Shown one piece after another: positions 9,310 through 19,002 of a stretch of DNA of 32,000 nucleotides. Made by a program: the position numbers and the translations under genes. This stretch comes from Candidatus Saccharimonadota bacterium (lineage in GTDB: Bacteria > Pseudomonadota > Gammaproteobacteria > Enterobacterales > Enterobacteriaceae). The stretch covers positions 540,001 through 572,000 of the forward strand of contig NZ_CP010048.1 of NCBI RefSeq assembly GCF_000973505.1. The letters are read 5' to 3'. The first letter of the stretch is position 1; each line of letters opens with the position of its first letter. The notes below the pieces were generated by a model. That model was not told the origin of the DNA, did no database searches, and saw only the letters and a program-made list of their open reading frames with translations.

Positions 9310-10437
9310 TTAAAAAGTATAAACCATACCAAAGGCAAAAATATTATCCGTAGATATCTGTGCAGCATTAGTAAAATCATTCTTTTTAAGCAAATTAATA
9401 CGATAATCCATAGTAGTAGAAATATTTTTATGTACATTATAAATACTACCAACTTCGATATATTTCTTTAAATAACAATCATAACCATTAATCATATCAC
9501 TAGCTTTAGAATGCAAATAACCAATAGAAGGACGTAAACCAAAATCAAAACAATATTGCGCAACTAATTCAACATTTTTTGCTTTATCAACAAAACCATA
9601 CACACGATCAGTATTAAAAGAATCCTCAAAAACACCAAACGGTATCATATTTTTCACTTCACCATATAATGCTGCTAAATAAATATTGTTATTATCGTAT
9701 TTCAAACCTATAGAATAAGCTTCAACTTTATCATTTCCAGAATAATTATCCGCAGCATTCACTAAAGTTTTTTGCCCAACCGTACGATTATTATTGGTAT
9801 AAGCAGCAGCTGTAGATACTCCATTATCAAAAGAATAAGAAGCAGAAACACCATAACCAATACCATTAGCTTCCTTTACAGTACGACCACTAGTTTGAGA
9901 TTCATCATTTTTACCTTGATATTGCACCGCAAAATCTAAACCATTCACTAAGCCAAAAAAATTGGCATTACGATAAGTGACAACATTAGATGCACGACTA
10001 GAAAGAAAATTGTCAACTAAAGAAGTATCACCACCAAATTCAGGCATTACATCCGTCCAAGCACCCACATCATACAACAAACCATAATTTCTACCGTAAT
10101 CAATAGTACCAAAAATACCATATTGCACACCAGCATATCCAAGACGAACAAAATTATCTTTAATATTGTTATTACCTTCAATATATTGAAAATTTACTTC
10201 GTCTTCCCACATACCAAAACCAACAACCGTATCACTAAGACATGTTTTTCCAATTAAACCATACCTTAGAAAAGAACGATCACCCTTCTTATTTTCATCA
10301 GGTGATAAATAATGCCCCCCATTAAAACTTCCAAATAATTCTAACGTACTCCCATTTTTATTATAAACTTCAACAGCACTTGCAATATGAAGCATGGATA
10401 TAGTTAAAATCAGAGTACAAAAACACCGTAATTTCAT
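9310..10437 (-). CDS. ompC: General diffusion porin, OmpC-like
   Basis: 375 aa with a signal peptide (MKLRCFCTLILTISMLHIASA|VEVYNKNG). Contains DYGRNYGLLYDVGAWTDVMPEFGGDT, FFGLVNGLDFAVQYQGKN, GLKYDNNNIYLAA, AQYCFDFGLRPS and the C-terminal YRINLLKKNDFTNAAQISTDNIFAFGMVYTF. The C-terminus and the YQGKN motif resemble OmpC more than OmpF. The position next to gyrA also matches ompC synteny in E. coli. AAGGGG lies 7 nt upstream of the ATG. Confidence 0.85.
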   Translation of the reverse strand: MKLRCFCTLILTISMLHIASAVEVYNKNGSTLELFGSFNGGHYLSPDENKKGDRSFLRYGLIGKTCLSDTVVGFGMWEDEVNFQYIEGNNNIKDNFVRLGYAGVQYGIFGTIDYGRNYGLLYDVGAWTDVMPEFGGDTSLVDNFLSSRASNVVTYRNANFFGLVNGLDFAVQYQGKNDESQTSGRTVKEANGIGYGVSASYSFDNGVSTAAAYTNNNRTVGQKTLVNAADNYSGNDKVEAYSIGLKYDNNNIYLAALYGEVKNMIPFGVFEDSFNTDRVYGFVDKAKNVELVAQYCFDFGLRPSIGYLHSKASDMINGYDCYLKKYIEVGSIYNVHKNISTTMDYRINLLKKNDFTNAAQISTDNIFAFGMVYTF

Positions 10438-10661
10438 ATTGACACCCCTTTAATCAATAACAATTAAGTCACTAACATAAAAAAACTAAAGAAAACTAAA
10501 TAATAACAAATTTACCACTCTACTTTTAGTGCAATCATCCAAAAAAAACAACATAAATAGACACAAAATCAGGTAATAGCACAACCTGTATTCTACTATA
10601 ATAAAAAAAATCTTTCTACTAATTTTAAGTATATTCTAAAACAAAACACTGAAAATAATTT

Positions 10662-10751
10662 AAAAAACTGCAATATACATAACTTAAATCTATTTTAACC
10701 TGAAACAATAAATACAAAATTTACAAAAAAATTCAATATACATAATTTAAA
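10662..10751. repeat. Pair of dispersed direct repeats (27 nt, 24/27 identical, 63-bp offset)
   Basis: 10662-10688 (AAAAAACTGCAATATACATAACTTAAA) versus 10725-10751 (AAAAAAATTCAATATACATAATTTAAA). Aligned by hand. Confidence 0.75.
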
Positions 10752-10841
10752 ATACAAAAATCAAACCCAATCTAAACGCGTAAAACGCTTGAAATTATTA
10801 ACAAATATCAAATTTATTAACATGTGATACAATACTATTGT

Positions 10842-10873
10842 TGTCTTTTCATTAAAATGTCTTTTCATTAAAA
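10842..10873. repeat. Perfect tandem duplication, 2 x 16 bp (TGTCTTTTCATTAAAA)
   Basis: The units 10842-10857 and 10858-10873 are identical, read directly from the sequence. Confidence 0.95.
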
Positions 10874-10882
10874 ATACCCTAC

Positions 10883-10904
10883 CATACACATATCATACAC
10901 ATAA
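10883..10904. repeat. Tandem duplication, 2 x 11 bp (CATACACATAT / CATACACATAA)
   Basis: 10883-10893 and 10894-10904 are 10/11 identical, read directly from the sequence. Confidence 0.85.
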
Positions 10905-10977
10905 ACCATTTTTAACATCACCATAAACAACTCAATTTTAAACTCTAACAAAATGTCACTAAACAAATTATAACAAC

Positions 10978-11002
10978 CTTATCTTATTTCTTATTCTTAT
11001 TT
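10978..11002. repeat. Microsatellite-like (CTTAT[T][T])x4 tract
   Basis: CTTAT CTTATTT CTTATT CTTATTT. This is a T-rich patch on an otherwise A-rich strand, about 80 nt downstream of the gyrA stop. Confidence 0.8.
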
Positions 11003-11080
11003 ATGTATGAATAATACAAATACTTAAAAAAATTAACGCAATACATCCATGATAATAACATACTTAACTTAATATACTCT

Positions 11081-13618
11081 TTAATTCTTCTCCACAGATT
11101 CAACAACACGTTGTAAACTGACTAATCGCTCATTATTAGCAGTACGAATTAATAATACACCCTGAGTATTTCTACTAAAAATATTAATTTCTGATGCACG
11201 AATTCGTACCAATCTACCACAATCAGTAATCATCATAATTTCATCATCATCATCAACTTGTATTGAACCAACAACATTACCATTCCGATTATTAACTTTT
11301 ATAGCAATTACACCTAAAATACCACGAGACCTAACTGGATATTCAATTTTATTGGTACGCTTACCATAACCATGTCTAGTTACCGTCAAAATAGAACTAT
11401 CACCCCGAGGTATAATTAAAGAAACTACATGATCACCATTCAATAAATTCATACCTCGCACACCAATTGCTGTACGTCCCACACTACGAACCTGATTTTC
11501 CTGAAAACGTACTACTTTCCCATATTTAGAAAATAACATAACTTCATTATCACCATAAGTAATATCAGCACCAATTAACTCATCACCTTTATTTAAATTC
11601 AATGCAATAATACCCATATTTCGAGGACGACAAAACTCAGTTAAAGAAGTTTTCTTCACTAATCCACTACTAGTAGCCATAAATACCTGACATCCTATTT
11701 CATATTTACGAATAGGTAAAATAGCTGTAATACGTTCACGGGACTCCAAAGGTAATAAATTAACAATAGGCCGACCACGAGAAATATGTTTCGCTGCTGG
11801 CAACCGATATACCTTCATCCAATATATACGACCATAATTAGAAAATAACAAAATAGTATCATGAGTATTTGTCACTAATAACCTAGTAATAAAATCTTCT
11901 TCTTTAACTCGTGTTATCAATCTACCCTTACCTCCTCGCCGCTGTGCTTCGTAATCCGCTAATGGTTGATATTTGACATATCCTTGATAAGATAATGTTA
12001 CTACCACATCCTCTCGATCAATTAAATCTTCAACATTAATTTTAGAAAAATCTCGTATAATTTCAGTACGACGTGCATCTGAATATCGTGCTTTAATACT
12101 TGTTAACTCTTCACAAATAACACTCGTTAAACGTTTCGAATGTTTTAAAACATCAATCAAATTTTCAATTTTTAACAATAATTCTTTATATTCATTCAAT
12201 AACTTATCATATTCTAAACTAGTTAATTTATATAAACGTAAATCTAAAATGGCCTGCACTTGCTCTTTACTAAAATAATACAAATTATCACGAATACCAA
12301 CATGCATACTTTCCAACCATGAAGATTCAAATATATTACTAGAAACCATTCCTCGCATCATCACAACAGAACCTAATTCCCAAGAAGTAGACATTAAAGA
12401 ACTCGTAACACCTACTGAAGTAGACGAATCACGAATTAATGAAATAATCTCATCAATATTAAATAAAGCAACTACTAGAGCTTCCAAAACAATCATCCTA
12501 TTTTTAGCTTTTTTAAGCTCAAAAATAGTACGACGAATAATTATAGAACGACGATGATATATGAAAGCAGATAGAATTTGCTTTAATGAAAGAATTTTAG
12601 GTTGACCATGATCCAAAGCAACCATGTTAATTCCAAATGAAATTTGCAACTGAGTTAGTGAATATAAATTATTCAATACTACTTCAGAAACAGCATCACG
12701 CTTTACTTCAATTACAATTCTCATACCATCTTTGTCAGATTCATCACATAATCCAGCGATACCTTCTAAACGATTTTCCTTAATTAATTCAGCGATTTTT
12801 TCAATTAAACGTCCTTTATTTACCTGATATGGTATTTCATATATAACAATAAATTCTTTATTATTTTTAGAATCTGTTTCAATTTTAACACGGGCACGAA
12901 TATGAATTTTACCCCTACCGGTACTATATGCTTCTTTAATACCATGAGAATCATCAATAATAATAGCTGCAGTTGGAAAATCTGGCCCAGGAATATAATT
13001 CATCAATTCATCCACACTAATATCTTCATTTTCTATAAAAGCCAAACAAGCATTAACAACCTCACAAAGATTATGAGGGGGGATATTTGTCGCCATACCA
13101 ACAGCAATTCCAGTGGAACCATTAATTAATAAATTTGGAATTCGAGTAGGCAATACAACCGGAATTTGCTCAGTCCCATCGTAATTAGATTCATAATCAA
13201 CAGTCTCTTTATCTAAATCAAACAGTAATTCATGAGCTACTTTAGACATACGTATTTCGGTATAACGCATTGCTGCAGCCGGATCACCATCAACAGAACC
13301 AAAATTTCCTTGTCCATCCACTAAAAGATATCGCATAGAAAAAGATTGCGCCATACGTACAATTGCATCATATACAGCAGTATCTCCATGAGGATGATAT
13401 TTACCAATCACATCACCGACCACACGAGCAGATTTTTTATAAACTTTATCCCAATTGTTATTAAGAATATACATTGCATACAATATTCGACGATGCACAG
13501 GTTTTAGTCCATCTCGTATATCAGGCAATGCTCGACCAATAATCACCGACATTGCATAATCTAAATATGAACGCTTTAACTCTTCTTCAATGTTAATCTC
13601 TATAATCTCTTTTGCCAT
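11081..13618 (-). CDS. gyrA: DNA gyrase subunit A
   Basis: 845 aa. Contains [36 protein letters not shown], the QRDR sequence [20 protein letters not shown], the active-site [10 protein letters not shown] (Tyr122 equivalent) and the GyrA box QRRGGKG. Colinear with E. coli GyrA up to ..LQRV.E.V, where it ends. Confidence 0.98.
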   Translation of the reverse strand: MAKEIIEINIEEELKRSYLDYAMSVIIGRALPDIRDGLKPVHRRILYAMYILNNNWDKVYKKSARVVGDVIGKYHPHGDTAVYDAIVRMAQSFSMRYLLVDGQGNFGSVDGDPAAAMRYTEIRMSKVAHELLFDLDKETVDYESNYDGTEQIPVVLPTRIPNLLINGSTGIAVGMATNIPPHNLCEVVNACLAFIENEDISVDELMNYIPGPDFPTAAIIIDDSHGIKEAYSTGRGKIHIRARVKIETDSKNNKEFIVIYEIPYQVNKGRLIEKIAELIKENRLEGIAGLCDESDKDGMRIVIEVKRDAVSEVVLNNLYSLTQLQISFGINMVALDHGQPKILSLKQILSAFIYHRRSIIIRRTIFELKKAKNRMIVLEALVVALFNIDEIISLIRDSSTSVGVTSSLMSTSWELGSVVMMRGMVSSNIFESSWLESMHVGIRDNLYYFSKEQVQAILDLRLYKLTSLEYDKLLNEYKELLLKIENLIDVLKHSKRLTSVICEELTSIKARYSDARRTEIIRDFSKINVEDLIDREDVVVTLSYQGYVKYQPLADYEAQRRGGKGRLITRVKEEDFITRLLVTNTHDTILLFSNYGRIYWMKVYRLPAAKHISRGRPIVNLLPLESRERITAILPIRKYEIGCQVFMATSSGLVKKTSLTEFCRPRNMGIIALNLNKGDELIGADITYGDNEVMLFSKYGKVVRFQENQVRSVGRTAIGVRGMNLLNGDHVVSLIIPRGDSSILTVTRHGYGKRTNKIEYPVRSRGILGVIAIKVNNRNGNVVGSIQVDDDDEIMMITDCGRLVRIRASEINIFSRNTQGVLLIRTANNERLVSLQRVVESVEKN

Positions 13619-13978
13619 AATAATTCATCAAATTTCAAGTTGCTTAGCAGTAAATAATTAACAACAATCAAATAACTAAATATAAACACGTTAAAACACA
13701 AACTAAATTCACACAACAAATTTAAAATTAAAAAATTTTACAAAAATAATTCATTTTCACATATATTATAAAATATAATAACTTTACGATAAAAAATAGC
13801 ATATAATGAAAAAATTATTATTTGTATTAAAAAATATTTAAAAACCTTAAATTAGCCGATTTAAAATCCATGACATCCAATCCAACCAACATAGTTAGTG
13901 TAAAAAATTATAATGTATTAAAAATATAATATATGTAAATATATACTGCTACAATAACTCATATACTATAACAACTCC

Positions 13979-14692
13979 ATGAACGATAATAATAATATTG
14001 ATTATAACGAAAAAATAAAATTTGACACACTTTTTAACCACTGGTGGGACAAAAATGGAACATTTAAAATACTACATCAAATTAATCCTATTAGATTAAA
14101 ATACATTACAAACTGTAGTAATGGAATATTTAAAAAAAAAATATTAGATGTTGGCTGTGGTGGAGGGATCCTCTCTGAGAGTATGGCCGAAAAAGGAGCA
14201 CATGTTACTGGTCTAGACATAGGAGAAAATACAATTCAAGCTGCACAAAAACACGCTAACCAACAAAAAATACAGATTAATTATATTAATGAAACAATAG
14301 AACAACACGCACGTAAAAACAAACATAAATATGATATAATCACTTGCATGGAAGTCTTAGAGCACGTACCAAACCCTATATCAATTATACAATCATGCGC
14401 TTATGCATTAAAAATTAATGGCAACATTTTTTTTTCTACACTAAATCGTACTATTATTTCATGGCTAATTATTATTGGGGGAGCTGAATATATATTTAAC
14501 ATTCTCCCGTACGGAACACATCAATTTAAAAAATTCATTAAACCATCCGAACTATTAGCATGGACGGACACAGCACACTTACAAGCAAAAAAAATAATCG
14601 GACTATCCTTTAACATAATATCTAAAAAATATAAATTATCCAATAATCTCAATACAAACTACATACTACATGCTAAACATATTACACAATAA
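13979..14692 (+). CDS. ubiG: Ubiquinone biosynthesis O-methyltransferase (3-demethylubiquinol 3-O-methyltransferase)
   Basis: 237 aa. WWD..G.FK.LH.INP.RL.YI, SAM motif ILDVGCGGGILSESMAEKGAHVTGLD, CMEVLEHVPNP, FFSTLNR, GAEYI and GTH.FKKFIKPSELL align with E. coli UbiG (240 aa). Confidence 0.95.
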   Translation: MNDNNNIDYNEKIKFDTLFNHWWDKNGTFKILHQINPIRLKYITNCSNGIFKKKILDVGCGGGILSESMAEKGAHVTGLDIGENTIQAAQKHANQQKIQINYINETIEQHARKNKHKYDIITCMEVLEHVPNPISIIQSCAYALKINGNIFFSTLNRTIISWLIIIGGAEYIFNILPYGTHQFKKFIKPSELLAWTDTAHLQAKKIIGLSFNIISKKYKLSNNLNTNYILHAKHITQ

Positions 14693-14709
14693 ACTAATAA
14701 TTAAACATC

Positions 14710-14767
14710 TTGAATCATTAAAATGTATATAATTTAATTTGAATCATTACAATGTATATAATTTAAT
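14710..14767. repeat. Tandem duplication, 2 x 29 bp (TTGAATCATTA[A/C]AATGTATATAATTTAAT), 28/29 identical
   Basis: The units are 14710-14738 and 14739-14767, head to tail. The duplication starts 18 nt after the ubiG stop codon. Confidence 0.92.
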
Positions 14768-14828
14768 ATAAACATATTCAATATAAACATAAACATATAA
14801 ACATATTTAATATATTTAATATAAACAT
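14766..14828. repeat. Four copies of the 10-mer ATATAAACAT, with nested 8- and 9-bp tandem doublets
   Basis: Exact copies start at 14766, 14781, 14795 and 14819. AAACATAT x2 sits at 14791-14806 and ATATTTAAT x2 at 14803-14820. Confidence 0.85.
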
Positions 14829-15037
14829 CCCGTTTTACTTTTTTAATTTAATAATTCACAACACTTAACTTACATATAAATTTAAATTTAAAATAATTTT
14901 GTTATTCCAAATTAAAATTATCATACAATGTCACAAAAAAATATAACAATTAACCACCACCCAAAATGCACACTTTAAAATAATTTCTACTAACAAAAAA
15001 GAAAAATAATTAAATAAAAAAATCATCAGGCAAAAAT

Positions 15038-17326
15038 ATGAATCATAATCTAGTAGTTACAAAACGTAACGGATCCCAAGAACTTATTAACCTTGATAAA
15101 ATTCACAAAGTCATAAATTGGGCAGCTAAAAACCTAAAAAACGTTTCAGTTTCACAAGTCGAATTACGCGCACATATACAATTCTATAATGGAATTAAAA
15201 CATCAGATATTCAAGAAACTATTATCAAATCAGCAGCAGACTTAATTTCTCAAAAAACACCCGACTATCAATATCTAGCAGCACGTTTATCAATATTTCA
15301 TCTACGTAAAAAAGCATATGGTAAATTTGAACCACCCAAACTATACCAACATGTTTTGCGACTAGTTGAAATAGGAAAATATGACAAACATTTATTACAA
15401 AATTATAGTCCAGAAGATTTTGAAAAAATGAACAACTTCATTGATCATCACCGTGATATGAATTTTTCTTACGCCGCAGTTAAACAGTTGGAAGGCAAAT
15501 ATTTAATACAAAATCGAGTTAGTGGAGAAATTTATGAAAGTCCACAATTCATGTATATATTAATTTCCGCCTGTTTATTTTCTAAATATTCTGACACACA
15601 TCGCATGTATTATATAAAAGAATTTTACAATGCAGTATCCACATTTAAAATTTCACTAGCCACCCCAATTATGGCAGGAGTACGAACTCCAACAAGACAA
15701 TTCAGTTCTTGTGTTCTTATTGAATGTGCTGATAATCTAGATTCAATTAACGCTACTAGCAGTGCTATTGTAAAATATGTTTCACAACGAGCAGGAATTG
15801 GAATTAATGCAGGACGAATCCGAGCCATTGGAAGCCCTATACGAAATGGAGAAGCATTTCATACTGGTTGTATTCCGTTTTACAAACATTTTCAAACAGC
15901 AGTTAAATCTTGTTCACAAGGGGGAGTGCGAGGTGGAGCAGCAACACTATTTTATCCTATTTGGCATTTAGAAATAGAAAATTTATTAGTTTTAAAAAAT
16001 AATCGGGGTATAGATAGTAATAGAATTAGACATTTAGATTACGGGGTGCAAATTAATAAATTAATGTACCAGCGATTACTAGAAAGAAAAGAAATTACAT
16101 TATTTAGCCCTTCCGATGTACCAGATTTATACAACTCATTTTTTGAAAATCAAATAAACTTCGAAAATTTATATGTAATGTATGAAAAAAATTCGAAAAT
16201 ACGTCAAAAAAAAATTAAAGCAGTAGACCTATTTTCACTCATGATGCAAGAACGTGCTTCCACTGGACGCATTTATATTCAACACGTAGATCATTGTAAT
16301 ACTCACAGCCCATTTGACAGTAAAATAGCACCAATTCGCCAATCTAATCTATGTATGGAAGTTCTATTACCAACTAAACCTTTACAAAACATTAATGATG
16401 ATTCAGGTGAAATCGCTTTATGCACATTATCTGCGTTTAATCTTGGAGCTATCGATGATCTTAAAGATTTATCTAAATTATCTATATTACTAATTCGTGC
16501 CTTAGATGAATTACTAGATTATCAAAATTATCCAATACGTTCTGCCAAATATAGCGCAATCAAACGGCGATCATTAGGTATCGGGGTTATAAACTATGCC
16601 TATTATTTAGCTAAAAATAAAGTTCGTTATTCAGATGGAAGTGCGAATAACTTAACACACAGAACATTTGAAGCACTTCAATATTATCTTTTAAGCGCCT
16701 CAAATACCCTTGCTAAAGAACGAGGAACTTGCTCATTATTTCATGAAACTACATATTCGAAAGGTATATTACCTATAGATACTTACAAAAAAGATGTAGA
16801 TACTTTAACAAATGAGAAGTTATATTATAACTGGACAAAATTACGAATGAACATTCAAAAATATGGTCTTAGACATTCTACACTATCAGCATTAATGCCA
16901 TCAGAAACTTCATCACAAATTTCTAACGCCACAAACGGCATTGAACCACCACGAGGTTTTGTTAGTATTAAAACATCTAAAGATGGGATTTTGCGACAAA
17001 CAGTACCTGAATCTATAAATTTAAAAAATGAATATGAACTATTATGGGATATTCCAAACAACAATGGTTACTTACAACTAGTAAGTATTATGCAAAAATT
17101 TATCGACCAATCTATTTCTGCCAACACAAACTATGACCCATCCCGATTTTCAAATTCAAAAATTCCAATGAAACAACTATTATCAGATTTACTACTAGCA
17201 TATAAATACGGGATAAAAACATTGTACTACCATAACACAAGAGATAACGCTAATGATACACAACAAACAACAACACAACATGATAATCCACAAAATATGT
17301 GCACAGGAAATGCCTGCATAATTTAA
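15038..17326 (+). CDS. nrdA: Class Ia ribonucleoside-diphosphate reductase alpha subunit
   Basis: 762 aa (E. coli NrdA is 761 aa) with very high identity. Contains the ATP cone VTKRNGSQELINLDKIH, RQFSSCVLIE, GGVRGGAATLFYP, the catalytic SNLCMEV, IALCTLSAFNLG, PSETSSQISNATNGIEPP, the KTLYYHN Tyr pair and the C-terminal redox pair CTGNAC. Confidence 0.99.
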   Translation: MNHNLVVTKRNGSQELINLDKIHKVINWAAKNLKNVSVSQVELRAHIQFYNGIKTSDIQETIIKSAADLISQKTPDYQYLAARLSIFHLRKKAYGKFEPPKLYQHVLRLVEIGKYDKHLLQNYSPEDFEKMNNFIDHHRDMNFSYAAVKQLEGKYLIQNRVSGEIYESPQFMYILISACLFSKYSDTHRMYYIKEFYNAVSTFKISLATPIMAGVRTPTRQFSSCVLIECADNLDSINATSSAIVKYVSQRAGIGINAGRIRAIGSPIRNGEAFHTGCIPFYKHFQTAVKSCSQGGVRGGAATLFYPIWHLEIENLLVLKNNRGIDSNRIRHLDYGVQINKLMYQRLLERKEITLFSPSDVPDLYNSFFENQINFENLYVMYEKNSKIRQKKIKAVDLFSLMMQERASTGRIYIQHVDHCNTHSPFDSKIAPIRQSNLCMEVLLPTKPLQNINDDSGEIALCTLSAFNLGAIDDLKDLSKLSILLIRALDELLDYQNYPIRSAKYSAIKRRSLGIGVINYAYYLAKNKVRYSDGSANNLTHRTFEALQYYLLSASNTLAKERGTCSLFHETTYSKGILPIDTYKKDVDTLTNEKLYYNWTKLRMNIQKYGLRHSTLSALMPSETSSQISNATNGIEPPRGFVSIKTSKDGILRQTVPESINLKNEYELLWDIPNNNGYLQLVSIMQKFIDQSISANTNYDPSRFSNSKIPMKQLLSDLLLAYKYGIKTLYYHNTRDNANDTQQTTTQHDNPQNMCTGNACII

Positions 17327-17420
17327 TATTTTTATATAATATGTAATTATTGAATAATTAACTATCTAAAATTAAATTTACTAAATATTTTTAAAAAAAA
17401 CAAACTTTATGGAATATAAT

Positions 17421-18551
17421 ATGTCATATACAACTTTTTCAAAAAACAACAACAATCAACTTCTTGAACCAATGTTTTTCGGTCAATCAGTAAATATTGC
17501 ACGATTTGATCAACAAAAACACAATATCTTTGAAAAACTCATTGAAAAACAATTATCTTTCTTTTGGAGACCAGAAGAAGTTGATATTTCAAAAGATCGA
17601 ATCGACTATCAATCACTTGCAGAACATGAAAAACATATTTTTATTAGCAATTTACAATACCAAACTTTATTAGACTCTATTCAAGGAAGAAGTCCAAATA
17701 TTGCTCTTCTACCATTAATATCTATCCCAGAGCTAGAAACATGGGTAGAAACATGGGCCTTTTTTGAAACTATTCATTCGCGATCATATACTCATATAAT
17801 TCGAAATATCGTTAACATGCCATCGATTATTTTTGATAACATTATTAATAATAACAATATACTAAACAGAGCCAAAGATATTTCCAGCTATTATGACAAA
17901 TTAATCGAATTAACAAATTATTACCATTTATTAGGTAATGGAATTCATATAATTAATAATAAAAAAATCTCAATTAATTTACATGAACTAAAAAAAAGAT
18001 TATACCTATGCTTAATCAATGTTAATGTATTAGAAGCTATTCGATTTTATGTAAGCTTTGCCTGTTCATTCGCATTTGCTGAAAGAAAATTAATGGAAGG
18101 AAATGCTAAAATAATACGACTTATTGCACGAGATGAAGCATTACACTTAACTGGCACACAACATATATTAAATCTCATGAAATCAGGAAAAGACGATCCA
18201 GAAATGGCTGAAATAGCTTTAGAATGCGAACAAGAAACTTATAAAATATTTTTATCAGCAGCAGAACAAGAAAAAACATGGGCACAGTATTTATTTGAAA
18301 ACGGATCAATGCTAGGATTGAATAAAGAAATTCTCTGCCAATATATTGAATATATTACAAATATTCGAATGCAATCTCTGGGTTTAAATCCACAATTTAA
18401 TACGATTTCCAATACAATACCATGGATTAACGCATGGTTAACATCAGATAATGTGCAAGTTGCACCACAAGAATCAGAAACAACTTCATATCTAATAGGC
18501 CAAATAGACTCTACTATTAATTATTCAGATTTTGATGATTTCACGTTGTAA
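17421..18551 (+). CDS. nrdB: Class Ia ribonucleoside-diphosphate reductase beta subunit
   Basis: [22 protein letters not shown] aligns with the E. coli N-terminus [22 protein letters not shown]. Di-iron and radical residues lie in [23 protein letters not shown] and [31 protein letters not shown]. An alternative in-frame ATG at 17409 would add 4 residues. Confidence 0.97.
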   Translation: MSYTTFSKNNNNQLLEPMFFGQSVNIARFDQQKHNIFEKLIEKQLSFFWRPEEVDISKDRIDYQSLAEHEKHIFISNLQYQTLLDSIQGRSPNIALLPLISIPELETWVETWAFFETIHSRSYTHIIRNIVNMPSIIFDNIINNNNILNRAKDISSYYDKLIELTNYYHLLGNGIHIINNKKISINLHELKKRLYLCLINVNVLEAIRFYVSFACSFAFAERKLMEGNAKIIRLIARDEALHLTGTQHILNLMKSGKDDPEMAEIALECEQETYKIFLSAAEQEKTWAQYLFENGSMLGLNKEILCQYIEYITNIRMQSLGLNPQFNTISNTIPWINAWLTSDNVQVAPQESETTSYLIGQIDSTINYSDFDDFTL

Positions 18552-18645
18552 CAAACACTACATATCACATAATAGCAATAATATTACTATAATATTTAAT
18601 TAAATAATACAGACTAATTAAAACAACCAAATAATAACAAATTCA

Positions 18646-18924
18646 ATGTCAAAGATAATAAATATTCAACAACTATACATTTGTATACACAATCAAACAA
18701 CTAGAGTGTTATATCATAAAAAATATTGCTCAATTTTAGAAACACTAGAAGCAAACAACATTACAACCAATTCTCAATGCCGTGCAGGATATTGCGGAGT
18801 ATGTCGTGCATCATTAATATATGGTACAATTACATACCTCAAACAACCATTAGCATATGTTCAAAAACATGAAATTCTTATTTGTTGCACACTACCAAAA
18901 ACTAACATTCAAATAAAATTATAA
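18646..18924 (+). CDS. yfaE: 2Fe-2S ferredoxin YfaE (RNR diferric-tyrosyl cofactor maintenance)
   Basis: 92 aa. SILETLEANNI....QCRAGYCGVCRASL..G...Y...PLAYVQ..EIL.CC matches E. coli YfaE (LLAALESHNV..YQCREGYCGSCRTRL...PLAFIQPGEILPCC). It sits immediately downstream of nrdB, as in E. coli. Confidence 0.9.
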   Translation: MSKIINIQQLYICIHNQTTRVLYHKKYCSILETLEANNITTNSQCRAGYCGVCRASLIYGTITYLKQPLAYVQKHEILICCTLPKTNIQIKL

Positions 18925-19002
18925 TCAATAATAAATTCCAATTTTATTGTTTTTATAACACGATAATAATCAAAATTTAACAAACTACAACCACTGAACA
19001 TA

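Noticed and set aside
10690-10730. OmpR-box-like words (TGAAACA, TTTACA) and a possible micF relic upstream of the porin gene.
   Set aside because: The words are in the wrong orientation relative to the E. coli ompC C1-C3 arrangement, and they are short AT-rich strings expected by chance. I found nothing resembling the micF sequence or its terminator hairpin, and I cannot tell whether ompR/envZ exist in this genome.
14710-14828. Possible CRISPR array or mobile-element terminal repeats, considered because of the direct repeats here and at 3821-3860 and 10842-10873.
   Set aside because: The repeats are two-copy, head-to-tail, with no spacers between them. No cas, transposase or integrase ORF exists anywhere in the window, and there are no flanking inverted repeats or target-site duplications. 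They look like simple slippage duplications.
18926-18954. A hairpin-plus-T5 immediately after the yfaE stop codon (CAATAATAAATT-CC-AATTTTATTG-TTTTT), considered as a possible nrdAB-yfaE terminator.
   Set aside because: The stem is all A-T, has a 2-nt bulge and a 2-nt nominal loop, so the predicted stability is marginal. It cannot be distinguished from chance AT palindromes.
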